A DNA stretch of 63,947 nt, counting the filler, from Globobulimina sp. (Eukaryota), in assembly GCA_003354225.1 (NCBI GenBank). It is 5 parts of 5 records of this genome, joined end to end, with 100 filler letters (N's around TTAATTAATTAA, not from the genome) between each part and the next. Parts side by side here need not be neighbours in the genome. Positions count along the whole stretch, not along the records: positions 39,710 to 52,087 come from PIVH01000011.1; positions 52,188 to 63,947 come from PIVH01000013.1; 3 more parts are not named here. One strand, 5' to 3'. Positions 48,301-56,622 of the stretch are shown here, one piece after another; within the stretch, counting starts at the first letter, position 1, and each line of letters opens with the position of its first letter. The translations under genes were made by a program, and so were the position numbers. The notes below the pieces were generated by a model, which was given only the letters and a program-made list of their open reading frames with translations, did no database searches and was not told the origin of the DNA.

Positions 48301-48428
48301 GGAAGCTGACTAAACAAAAGAAATAAATATATTAAATAGGAAAGTGATTGAATTGGTTGTAAAATATTGTGGTGGATGTTGGTGCTATGAAGATAGCTGA
48401 TATTTATGGCAAGGAACACTGGGGCGTA
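42327..48428 (-). CDS. ORF2 polyprotein: N-terminal extension, APE endonuclease, RT, CCHC knuckle, RNase H (first ATG 48050)
   Basis: APE: FLNING, GDFNAR, IDY, DHRPV; RT: APGYDG, YRPITLL, LDIRKAFDSV, GVLQGSVLSP, YVDD, YLG; CHLC...H...C; RNase H: ATDSS, GELYAI, FTDS, KVKSH, NAVADSLA. Confidence 0.93.
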   Translation of the reverse strand, partial: YAPVFLAINISYLHSTNIHHNILQPIQSLSYLIYLFLLFSQLPIIQSIIRLLFHFICFSNIFTFSLFCSFSTLICVNNGTRIYKAVNATFSSFTTIDIVPVSINFNNFIICRRSLKINDIIINRVKMSHRVDPLLHQTQIKQSNTYFTTKKTSYSIYNYFNHFKHPLAERYNSGYMISTKLHTDTHLLFKFIEKHQYRLRKFYRHIKIIMDKSLRWITLRMPQHRYHPIKFYIKNAFPHNIKLRFKKIPYLKETVEQTGYEQLHAFNKSPSNILRLYNFIIKNEYVVNTPILQQSVKYNKYHIKWFIPTNIKTKDIKNHWESTNSHINIRLHSLHRNNWINNSKNNAIISLNQMYKYAVNKLRTRHYNLREYKNNLVNKVIQQHVNNKQHTVADIPQIILKYPFMQIYAPDIEPITATKIQIKNIKIGFLNINGSAKTKINQLHPYMQQLIIHHKLDIICLIDTRCVGRPNWNLPGYRLTIHKSPNTTRNPKNVGGILIYHKSTLKNKINLINKTRGHNTVWISISCQDQTKPIYVAINYARTYKPDKIARSTAFYQNLINDINKYKPKCTNMYVIGDFNARMGTLTMDHNTNPHYKYMKNLLDTTNLKIANPQFAPNFLTCLAKGINNNGGSIIDYVITENLNSIKTMKVDTHPIFMDHRPVIFSLNDTKCTTTIIDKHFILRHHKPNGHLTAIHHKILESKIKHLQKFSANIDRFTNETHLKYLSHITSITAMYILHLASIKAFGVSDFNAMDSWSNITQKQISINIRQRILMNTDNTNTAEAKQLIIDAENEFVQNRQNLLTRNTLQFDNLDHSQKLKTFKRHNNNTTFILDEPYLHYNNRIMDKNVALSQFFGKINGPVPDPTTNNKIRDINDFNDSLDTQIPNHIKFIPNIPDNDSDAPQNTVPPPLEPIHTPPDEIYHHNDTINPFVPHYDPHFVPATQPLINDLHQLETQSTSNHDSDDDVVISDIQQQTPGYLPERTITQENDEKQSMEITLNDEPNKYSSVEMALGYANQNSAPGYDGIKSVHLKTSPSQINELLSILFNAWNNTFHIPYAFRLGSIIPILKTPNGNTPNQYRPITLLPIIFKAYERLILWEMNISHKFRKNLHILQGGNRAKRGVPEQIGALNAIAETAKMRNVPLYCSLLDIRKAFDSVWRKGLLFKLHNDFNIPLNLCKILKAIYNNSHSAIRDIPFITNKFLLHNGVLQGSVLSPVLYAAFLNDLIFELQNTNKGAHSPDTNEKIACVFYVDDIILAANKISDLRRLINVCERHSIRWNYRFNHKKCSSIIYNDNSINMNNINEYSIDDRNLIQCEYNEIMNTNMTIPAPMLLIQKPINNNIIGININNQIQTYNKNEIPSSFLSQFLAHSKFYDSLTNKPFPIMWENIRYDRTYAPSVMHLKLSLYGERLNCTTFIRYLGAMLCSYDNTNLVSTQYTNRRFLKKLDEKARILANLDFNHQFISLDDKIRILKTFYLVYTEIFAQVLDCDDINLKEATEKQLQAIKRQTNIKQFVPEQLYLWAGIPTPYERWVSLKLVFYYKLLRGGNISHMHHWTKLPHIHHYKLYKQYANLKNKWLPLQLHHTPNGPITIDPFDTVDHPFQIRPIIVTNQHTHIVNKLNRHHPLRTLNHITSDYRPMNIYENNELAEYVNDQMITYYRALFYNFNQTANFCHLCGNQTAKPIETHLIVTCPALDTLRHEYWSYANFTFAKNGAAIDKIHNQIFMQRLIELCTNVNINKSQFWRVICGANYYDVQTNQFIYHHNTININTNKNTLLRNLISQTHRWLYHVYNINHSVTTIPGIRKKYNIIPNNSIIFHIRNDNITEWHNYKYKIRSTDLIVATDSSHDPHTNLTGIGIFIKDHNNIHCYTQPIGSQSNHFGELYAILKSNFLIKHLKISTQHRRVLIFTDSLCNYMPLITTPRNITKMINSDLFIQTQSYIKSINAILWKVKSHTTPKQQPFNAVADSLADVGRAHPLNSNQIVIHFNSVQYAKYKLFRFPYGVSFNQINTLTGMFKQSVSMEPDYDPG

Positions 48429-49895
48429 CTAGTTAGGGTCATTCTGATTGGATTCACTGTCTTTGTCGACGTTTGCGTCCATATTAGTGTCATCGTCAGA
48501 GTTGGCATAGTTGTTGGTGTTATCGTTGGCGTCAAAGTCGGCATTGATATCGACATTGACATTGGTGTTATTGCTGTTGTTTGTGTCTGTGTGGACACTG
48601 TACTCTTTTATCAATTTGAAATCTGAGCAAATGTCGATGCCGTGTTCCTGTTTCAACAACAATAATTTTAAGCGGTTCTCATTTAATATTAATTTGGTGA
48701 ACTCCTTGTTGACAGTCAGCGCTTTGTGGAAGAATAAGTGTGCAATGTCGTTGTCTTTAAGCAGTTGTTTGATGTCGTTATTGAATGTTAATCCTAACTG
48801 GCCCATTGTAGATAAATCGTCCCATACAATCTTCGCATTCTTGATTTTGATTCCATTAATTTTTGCAACGGCAAAGGAGTGATAAAATAAAATCAATGTT
48901 TGCTCATTCGGAGCGTTTCCTAAACCATACTGTCCCGTATAGCCGTCTTCTAATTGCGGTAAATTGATGCTACAGCCTTGACATTTTGATTTTAAATGAC
49001 CGCATCGGGGGATTATAGCAGCTCTGCGTATGTTTGACAAAATATGTGCAACGGTCTTTGCCTCCACTTGTTCTTGGGTCAATTTGTATTTTTTCGCCAA
49101 TTTGGCCTCTTCCAACTTACTTTTGAAGTATTCGCATTTGTTTCTGTCTTTGCAGAAAAGGGAGGGACAATAGTCACATCGGAGATTTTTATGCAAATTC
49201 ATTACTGTTTTGGCGACGTAGTCTTCTTTGTAGGTCTCCACGACGGTGATCACTTTGCCATTAATTATTGCGTTGTTTGATGCTAATATTATGTTTTGAT
49301 AATATTTGGTGACATCATTGAGGTCTGCAATGTCGACGCCACATAATAGGTTTCGCGCCATATTCTGGGCTGTAAATTTCCAGGAATGATGATTTGAATG
49401 CAATTGGTGTGGATGAGCAAAATTTTGTATATGGAAATCGGATTTGGACGGACACATATGATCTAACACATATTTTATCTCATGTTTATACAGAAACGGC
49501 GGCGGTTTATGTAGAGATAATATGTATTTATTTGTGATGGATGCTTTGGTGGAACAATACCATGAACGGGTCACTGTTTGGCTGGGAATTTGGACGTTTA
49601 ATTCTAAGCATTTGGGATCTGTTACGTGATAACCTAAGCGGTCCCAGAGATATTGGAGATTGATGGTCGAGCCTGCATAGCGGTTAATGGTGTCAATATT
49701 GTCTAATACTGTCATCGTAATGCATATTGCTAATTTGTTTCTGCACCAGAAATAGAATCCGGTCTTTTTGGTGTTATACGAAAACACACTGCTGCCATTA
49801 CTGGAGGCAATGTATGACGACTCCCCAATCGTTGCAATGTCATTGGCAATGAGTATGGATACTGGCTGTTTGTTATACGTGGCGTTATGAAACAA
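48429..49895 (-). CDS. ORF1 (gag-like) of the non-LTR element
   Basis: 488-codon ORF upstream of ORF2, Cys/His clusters CDYCPSLFC and CGHLKSKC, N/D-rich tail; no ATG at the 5' end. Confidence 0.7.
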   Translation of the reverse strand: MFHNATYNKQPVSILIANDIATIGESSYIASSNGSSVFSYNTKKTGFYFWCRNKLAICITMTVLDNIDTINRYAGSTINLQYLWDRLGYHVTDPKCLELNVQIPSQTVTRSWYCSTKASITNKYILSLHKPPPFLYKHEIKYVLDHMCPSKSDFHIQNFAHPHQLHSNHHSWKFTAQNMARNLLCGVDIADLNDVTKYYQNIILASNNAIINGKVITVVETYKEDYVAKTVMNLHKNLRCDYCPSLFCKDRNKCEYFKSKLEEAKLAKKYKLTQEQVEAKTVAHILSNIRRAAIIPRCGHLKSKCQGCSINLPQLEDGYTGQYGLGNAPNEQTLILFYHSFAVAKINGIKIKNAKIVWDDLSTMGQLGLTFNNDIKQLLKDNDIAHLFFHKALTVNKEFTKLILNENRLKLLLLKQEHGIDICSDFKLIKEYSVHTDTNNSNNTNVNVDINADFDANDNTNNYANSDDDTNMDANVDKDSESNQNDPN

Positions 49896-49931
49896 AAAAA
49901 CTTGGTAAAATTGGTTTTTGAGTTGGAAAAG

Positions 49932-52087
49932 ATGAGCAATGCGCGACCTCGCTCACCACCGCAACTTATGGTGAAACGGCAATTATTATTTTGTATAGGA
50001 AAATTATTAAATGTAATCAGTAGAAGGCAAAGAGACTTACGAAATAAATGTATTGATGTTCAAAAACAAATAAAAGCATTAAAAATAGATCCTCCAAATG
50101 GAGACAAATATTGGTCCATATTCCAAATGAGCTGTCAATCCCAGGTACCACCCATTGTTGAAGTGTCCTTAGACTCCATACAGAAATTAATGGCGCAATC
50201 TATCCTTACCGGACAAACGTATGCTGTCTGCACCATTTGTTCCACATCATACCATACATCACATAAATAAATGCAAATCAGTCGCGATAGGAATGGAAAA
50301 GCATTAATTGACACTATGGTGAAAACAATATGTAATTGTTGTGTAATCGAATCAGAAAAAGTACAGTTACAAATAGTAAAAGCCATACTGACCTTAGCGA
50401 CCTCGCCGACCTCTCACGTTCACGGCCAATCCCTATTAATGTGTCTCCGCGCATGTTACAATATATTTTTATCCACCAAAAACATCGATGTCCAAACCTC
50501 TGCCAAAGCCGTGCTGACCCAAATTGTTTGCGCCGTGTTTCAAAAAATGGAAAAAACGCAACAATTATCCATCAAAAAACAAACCGCCAAACACCAACGG
50601 TCTGAAACGCATTTAATGTGTCGATCGATGGTCGTTGGCCTATCCAATGAGATTGCCGTCCGACACAAATATGACACTATAATTCCGTATCAATCCACAC
50701 CGCCAATCTCCATCCAACCGGCACCAGAACAAAAGGAGCAAAAACAGCCACCAATACACACCCACAAAAGCATCAAACGTGGCAAATTCGGTTGGTGCGT
50801 ATTATGTGCCTCACCGGCAAGTCATTACTGTATACAGGTAATCCATATACGAAATACCTGACAATATCCATCCATATCCTTGCACTGTAAAACAAACAAA
50901 AAAAAGACCCGCGATCCCGTCTGCTCGTTAGATTGCAAAATGTCAAACTTAGAGCACAGCATTACTTTCCTGCGCGCACACAATGGCAATGCAAGCAGCG
51001 CCTATACCAACGCTACCATATCCCGTTTAGAATTAGCGTACAAATCCACCCTCTTAACCAACGACGGGCACATTTTATTTCGTGCCTTATGTCGCCAGGC
51101 CCACAAAACCTTGCCCACAGACAACATAATCAACATCAAAAAAGGCAGCGACAGTGGCAGCAGCATCGCCTGGTTAGATTTCAAGATCCCCCGTCTATTC
51201 GACCCGCATTCTGCCATGAAACCGTTAGCTTTGAAGTCCAAAGTCTTATCATTGGAGTTATTGCGCTTAGTCTTCAGTAACACGGGCCATACTTTTAAGT
51301 CTTCGCATCGATTCATAGACGCAGTGCGGGAGTGTTTCGTGCCCGTCGTGACTGAGAACGCGGTGAGTACCGTCGAGAACATCTTCCAATTAGCCGTCAA
51401 TATGTTTGCTTTGTTGGTGGAAGGCTACAGGAAATACCTCAAGAATGAGATTGGTGTGTTGTTAGACAACGTGTTTTTGCAAATTGCCGAGTCGCCGCAT
51501 AGCAATTTCAAACAGAAAAAAATGGCGCTGACGGTGTTTAATAAGATTTGCAGAGATCCGCAGGTTTTGATTGGTATTTTTTTAAACTATGACTGCGGCC
51601 ATCAGCATCAAAATAGATTTCAACGCATTATCGACTTATTGGAGAAAATATGTTCCGTCAAACAGGGGAATGAAGCGCATCAATCATGGTCGCCGCAGTT
51701 GGTGGAAAATGTGGAATTGCGGCGGTTAGCGATTGAGATATTGGTCAATATCATAAGATACGCCAATGAATGGGTGGTCAAAGCGAATAAAACCAACGCA
51801 CAGGTTTTTACCCTTAATATTTAATTTTTGATTGTACGTCGGGACAAACACAAATATGCTCAGGTCTATGAAGAGAAATACCACAACAAAAATATGCCGA
51901 TGCTCAATTCTGTGGCGTCAGACAGCGACCACACAGAGGATGAGCATGAAGACGACATTAAGGATATTTGCGAAGCGGATCGATTGAAATCGGAATCCGC
52001 GTCGCAACATTTACAACGCTACGAAGAGAAGAAAAAGATACAACAAAATATCTTAAACGCAGTGTTGAAATTTAACTTAAAGCCGAA
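49932..52087 (+). CDS. BIG/GBF-type Sec7 ARF-GEF, N-terminal DCB and HUS regions; multi-exon, cut by contig end
   Basis: SLDSIQKL, VQLQIVKAIL, CYNIFL, KSKVLSLELL, LKNEIGV, FLNYDC, KFNLKP; introns ~50219-50281, ~50838-50906 and from ~51804. Confidence 0.9.
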
Positions 52088-52187
52088 NNNNNNNNNNNNN
52101 NNNNNNNNNNNNNNNNNNNNNNNNNNNNNNNTTAATTAATTAANNNNNNNNNNNNNNNNNNNNNNNNNNNNNNNNNNNNNNNNNNNN
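52088..52187. other. Artificial contig linker
   Basis: N-run + TTAATTAATTAA + N-run. Confidence 0.99.
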
Positions 52188-52222
52188 TTATAAACCAATA
52201 CCCAACTATGTCATATATTCAG

Positions 52223-52272
52223 ATGCATAACTCCGAATGCAAATGCATAACTCCGAATGCATAACTCCGAAT
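52223..52272 (+). repeat. Three ATGCATAACTCCGA repeats downstream of YR
   Basis: Copies at 52223, 52243 and 52257. Confidence 0.85.
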
Positions 52273-52406
52273 ATATGCAGAGTATAAAGACCAAATACCA
52301 CTCGTTCTCCACTCGCCAATCGTTACCGACTGAGAGAGATTCAATTAGATTTATTCATAAATAAAATTAATATCAAGCAGTCAATCATTCCTACTTTCGG
52401 AATATT

Positions 52407-53573
52407 TTATAAAAGATTCGGAAAGAAGCATTTACTTTTTTTCTTTCTATAAGCACTCCATTCACAGAGTCTCCTGGTTTTTTCCTTGATGGCGTCCTTT
52501 GTCTTCTTGTTTTTGACGACCATCTTACTTAAACGTTTTTTGATAATATCCTCAAAAAATCTCGATTTAAATAAATTTAAATCTCCTAAACCTAAATCAA
52601 TCGCTATCATTTGATGTAAATGATGCGGTTCCATCTTCTTCTCATATTTTATCATTGTTTTTAAGGAGTCCCATCCGGCGATATGCATTCTATTGACTTG
52701 GGATACTCCTCTTGCTTTGGCATTAAAATTGCCACCACTCCTAAAGCCATGGGATGCCCAATCCTTTGGGTCCATGCCCACTTTGGCACAACATTCTTTT
52801 ATTTTTTTATTTAACTTTGGATAAGTTAAAAAGGTCTTATTCTTGAATAAGAATAGCCTCTGGTCCACCTCCCAACAATTTTTCCTCCATTTATATAATT
52901 TGGTCATCTCACACATGCAACAAACTTCGCCAAATTGGCATAAATGGAAGATCGGGGCTGATTGCAAGCGGCCATATTTATTCGTTTTCGAAAAATTAAA
53001 AACAAATATGGCGCTTCTGTCTGAGTCTTGGGGAATATGCGAGCCATTCTCAAAAATAATATTTCCGACTCGAAGGCCATCCAAATTTTCCCGTATGACC
53101 TCATCGCTCCTTCTCAATGTGTTATGAGATAATGTGAATACTGAGCGATAAACTTGGTTGTCAAATACATCCGGAGTCAATACTTTGTCAAACCAAAGAG
53201 CAATGATCTCCGAAGTAATTAATCTGGAGCCTGTTCCCGGAGGCTTCTCAATATCCCTTCCTTTGTACATTCCATGCAAAAAAGGCATGGCTTTCATATC
53301 AACTCTCAATGGGATGTTAAAGCTTCCAATGGCCAAATCACGGATGGCGTACGTATGGTTGCGTACTGTTTTTGAGGCCAAATCGTTAACCATAAATTTA
53401 TAAGCAGCATATAACTGCAATCTCTCTTGAGTCCAAATGAATGGATCGAAATCGTATAAATCACAAAAATTCTTCCATTGCAATTTATGTCCCGTCCATA
53501 GTTTAATGGTTTGGGCCTCTAACCTCTTTTCATTTAATTCGACGCAATAGTCCCAAAGTACTGCGAGAGAGGG
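52407..53573 (-). CDS. Tyrosine recombinase; frame opens at 53573 with no ATG, likely spliced
   Basis: Catalytic R (LRRSDE), K (SKTNKYG), HGFR (HxxR), GW, KY; N-terminal WKNFC. Confidence 0.88.
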   Translation of the reverse strand, partial: PSLAVLWDYCVELNEKRLEAQTIKLWTGHKLQWKNFCDLYDFDPFIWTQERLQLYAAYKFMVNDLASKTVRNHTYAIRDLAIGSFNIPLRVDMKAMPFLHGMYKGRDIEKPPGTGSRLITSEIIALWFDKVLTPDVFDNQVYRSVFTLSHNTLRRSDEVIRENLDGLRVGNIIFENGSHIPQDSDRSAIFVFNFSKTNKYGRLQSAPIFHLCQFGEVCCMCEMTKLYKWRKNCWEVDQRLFLFKNKTFLTYPKLNKKIKECCAKVGMDPKDWASHGFRSGGNFNAKARGVSQVNRMHIAGWDSLKTMIKYEKKMEPHHLHQMIAIDLGLGDLNLFKSRFFEDIIKKRLSKMVVKNKKTKDAIKEKTRRLCEWSAYRKKKSKCFFPNLL

Positions 53574-53691
53574 CTATATAGAGTAAAAAGCACGAGACGC
53601 AAAGTAAGTAACTCAGACTAAATAAATCAAAGTGTTTAAAAATAAAAACAAAAACTTTGTGTCAAACTCTCATGCAAGCGGTCTCTCCATG

Positions 53692-55635
53692 TCACTTTTG
53701 TGGACTTTGGGAAGGAGGTATGTATCGCTGATATTTACAACATTTATCCCATTCTCTATCACAAACAATGTGTTTTTTATGCAAAAGCAAATGCATTTTC
53801 AGTTCCCAGCATTGTAATAGCTGATCGATAATATTGTGGCAATTCGTGGGATGATGAGTTAAGTCGAAATCCAATGTATCTCTGAACGGAAGACCTCTGG
53901 AGAGGCCGTCTGCGGTGGGATTTCTAATCCCGGCCACGTGTAAACCAAAAATTAAAAATGAAGCATCCAGAGCCAAATCACAGAAAAAACGCATTAATTC
54001 TGTCAAATCTGGCCTTTTTAAGCAGGCGCATCGCTTGATGATGATATGAACGGCAGGCTTATTATCACAATAAAACAGCGCGATTTTATTACGAAGTTGA
54101 TCTACGTATAAAATCGCTGCTGCCACAACACCCAAAAGTTCCAAGAAAGTGATGTCTGGCTTAATAGGCCACATTTGGTATCTTGGGAAATTCTCCCAAA
54201 ATGCAGCAAAAAATAATCCATTTGGGACATGAACGTAACCGCCGACACCTGCTTTGGTTGCAGCATCCGTATAAATAACAATATCACATCTATCGACGAT
54301 GTTGTCTTTGGAAATGAGAAGCCACTCAAAAGGTATCTTGTTATACTTTTTGGTGCTTAAAATCCTCTGTAACGTACGCAAATCGCTCAGATTTTTGCGT
54401 GTACCTCTAACCCACGTCCGGTCGTATTTAGGTTTCCCGTTTTCGATATGGAAAGGGACGTTAATCAATAGTTCGAGAGAGCGGATGTAAGGAATGGCGT
54501 TACGGAAAACGAGTTGAACGCTCCTTACCTGACCGGAGGTGGACTGCATTCGTTTCAGAGGTATCCAGGCATTGTTCACTATGTCAATGATAGCAACAGC
54601 GATCGAAGCCAAATATTTAGATAGCCGCTTCGCTGTGACATGTAAAAGTCGGTGTTGGCAGCCAAAAATATAACCGATATAAATGAGGGAGCGTGTGGGC
54701 AATGTGATTTTTCTGGGCTGGGCTGGAATACCCAATAAATGCCACCACCATTTGGTATGTTCTAACTGTAAATAAGCCATTCTCTTTGTTTTTGCTCCTC
54801 CCATAAAATCATCCATATAATTTTTTAATAAACAGTGTCGGATATTATTCACAAACCGAACGAATATCAATTCATAGTCATTCACAAGGATCCAATTCAC
54901 GGCTTCAGCAAATTGGGAGTATAGGTTGGAGGCACTGGCCATGCCCATTGTGAGTGATATGTAAAAAAATGAAATGCCGCACATTTTTATGCCTAAATTC
55001 GGGGTGAAATCGGAACGGATCGGCACTGAGAAATAAGCCATAAAGGCATCAATTGCCCAAAGCCATTGTAAATCACATTCAATGATTGTGGAAACAATCT
55101 CTTTTATTTTTAAAAATGAAACATAAACTTCATCTTTACCAATAAAGTTATTGTATGCCGTGCCTTTGTCTAAGTTGAAAGAGAGGTTGACCAACATGCG
55201 ATATTTATCAGTTTCCAACTTGTAAAATATCGGCCAAATATGGAGTTTTACAGAACGGCCGAAGTGTTGTTGGGCGGCTTTATCACTGAAAAAAGGGCCC
55301 ATAATCCTTCGGTGACTCAACAGTTTTAACATTTTTTCTAGGCCAGCTTTTATTTCCGGAATAGAGGCTTTGTAGTTTTCAGAGGCTCCGACACAATCTA
55401 CTTCGTTGGCAGTCACCACCCAGCCGTCTCTATTGAAATTAATAACCTTTGATGCATAGGATTGGTCCGGGTGATTGCGGAGACCGTATTTCCAAGCAAT
55501 CAAATCATTAAACCAATCCTTGCGCTCTAAGATCGGTGAGGTTTTTCTTAATTTCTTAATTAGAGGCTTGATGAGGGGATGATTCAATACAAATGGATCC
55601 GTATCAAAGTATTTATCAGTGAGTAACGACGACAT
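53692..55635 (-). CDS. Reverse transcriptase + DIRS-type RNase H
   Basis: KYRMLVNLS, IDAFMAY, LTMGMASA, NYMDDF, YIGY; RNase H YTDAA, FLELLG, YCDN, HVAGIRNPTADGLSR. Confidence 0.92.
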   Translation of the reverse strand: MSSLLTDKYFDTDPFVLNHPLIKPLIKKLRKTSPILERKDWFNDLIAWKYGLRNHPDQSYASKVINFNRDGWVVTANEVDCVGASENYKASIPEIKAGLEKMLKLLSHRRIMGPFFSDKAAQQHFGRSVKLHIWPIFYKLETDKYRMLVNLSFNLDKGTAYNNFIGKDEVYVSFLKIKEIVSTIIECDLQWLWAIDAFMAYFSVPIRSDFTPNLGIKMCGISFFYISLTMGMASASNLYSQFAEAVNWILVNDYELIFVRFVNNIRHCLLKNYMDDFMGGAKTKRMAYLQLEHTKWWWHLLGIPAQPRKITLPTRSLIYIGYIFGCQHRLLHVTAKRLSKYLASIAVAIIDIVNNAWIPLKRMQSTSGQVRSVQLVFRNAIPYIRSLELLINVPFHIENGKPKYDRTWVRGTRKNLSDLRTLQRILSTKKYNKIPFEWLLISKDNIVDRCDIVIYTDAATKAGVGGYVHVPNGLFFAAFWENFPRYQMWPIKPDITFLELLGVVAAAILYVDQLRNKIALFYCDNKPAVHIIIKRCACLKRPDLTELMRFFCDLALDASFLIFGLHVAGIRNPTADGLSRGLPFRDTLDFDLTHHPTNCHNIIDQLLQCWELKMHLLLHKKHIVCDREWDKCCKYQRYIPPSQSPQK

Positions 55636-55707
55636 CAAACTAAATAAAAATACTTGACTAAAAAACTTGATTTACAAAAATGTAAACAAAAAAAACTTGA
55701 ATTACAA

Positions 55708-55899
55708 AATCTGCAAAAACTGTCCGCTCTGACAAAACGGGTGGACACTTTTTGCACTGAAACGACTCATAATCTGCAAAAACTGTCCACTCTGACAAAG
55801 CGGGTGGACACTTTTTGCACTGAAACGACTCATAATCTGCAAAAACTGTCCGCTCTGACAAAGCGGGCGGACACTTTTTGCACTGAAACGACTCATAAT
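55708..55899. repeat. Three tandem 63-bp hairpin-forming repeats
   Basis: Units start at 55708, 55771, 55834; each has TGCAAAAAcTGTCCRC...GYGGACAcTTTTTGCA. Confidence 0.95.
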
Positions 55900-56067
55900 A
55901 AAACTAGGTTATGAATAAAATGGTTTTTTTGTTTTAGCAGAGACTAAAATGAGACCAGGAGATTGCGAGAAGGAAAACGTGAATACGCAAATAAAATCAA
56001 GGACCCCAACAACGAATGAATGGGTGAGTCAAAATCGAATCAAAGAATACATTAAAACTTTGATGAG

Positions 56068-56622
56068 TCAATGTCCTTTTTGCTCCTTTCCCTTTTTCGG
56101 TCCATTATCATTCCACCAAGGATGGGTATAAACACATCCATCTCTCTTACACTCCTCTTTTTTCCTATCCACATTACAACGTCCATCGTTGCCATTGCTG
56201 AAACCTCCACGGCCTCTGCCTCTTCCTCTGCCTCTACCTCTGGCGCCTCCTCTACCTCTGGAGTTGGGAAAATAACCACCTCCATGGTTTCCACCACCAA
56301 AATTCCCGTTCTGAGGGGCGGCGTTTCCGTCGCCTCTGTTCCGTCTGGCTTTGGCATTGAAGGCGGAGTTATCTACCTTTCTCTGGATAAACTCCGGCTT
56401 CATTAAGTCACCAAAGCGGACCATCTCGGCATATTCCTGGAACGTGGTGGCGTATCTGTCCAAGCACGCGGCGTCGCAGATAGCCTGCGCCCTACCTTCG
56501 TAAAACCTGGGGGCCGAAAATAATAACAACTTCGAGATCGTTGCCATCGCGACCAAAGTATCAACGACGTGGTCGCCCCACCAACTGTTGAGCTTATCCA
56601 TCATATCGTTCAACGTCTCCAT
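56068..56622 (-). CDS. Gag C-terminal part: RGG tract and C-x8-C-x4-C-x3-H zinc finger
   Basis: RGRGGARGRGRGRGRGG then CNVDRKKEECKRDGCVYTH. Confidence 0.75.
   Translation of the reverse strand: METLNDMMDKLNSWWGDHVVDTLVAMATISKLLLFSAPRFYEGRAQAICDAACLDRYATTFQEYAEMVRFGDLMKPEFIQRKVDNSAFNAKARRNRGDGNAAPQNGNFGGGNHGGGYFPNSRGRGGARGRGRGRGRGRGGFSNGNDGRCNVDRKKEECKRDGCVYTHPWWNDNGPKKGKEQKGH

Larger units (their letters stand above)
42270..49895 (-). mobile_element. Non-LTR retrotransposon (ORF1 + APE-RT-CCHC-RNase H), probably 5'-truncated; ends approximate
   Basis: Two long intronless ORFs between host genes; no TSD or polyA identified, short (TA)n near the 3' end. Confidence 0.9.

Noticed and set aside
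52407-55635. Bacterial retron or DGR with integrase
   Set aside because: RT is fused to a DIRS-type RNase H, preceded by a zinc-finger gag, and embedded among intron-containing genes
55708-55899. CRISPR array
   Set aside because: Units are contiguous with no unique spacers; no cas genes
55654-55914. Short repeat ORFs on both strands over the 63-bp array
   Set aside because: By-product of a 21-codon period; no independent coding evidence
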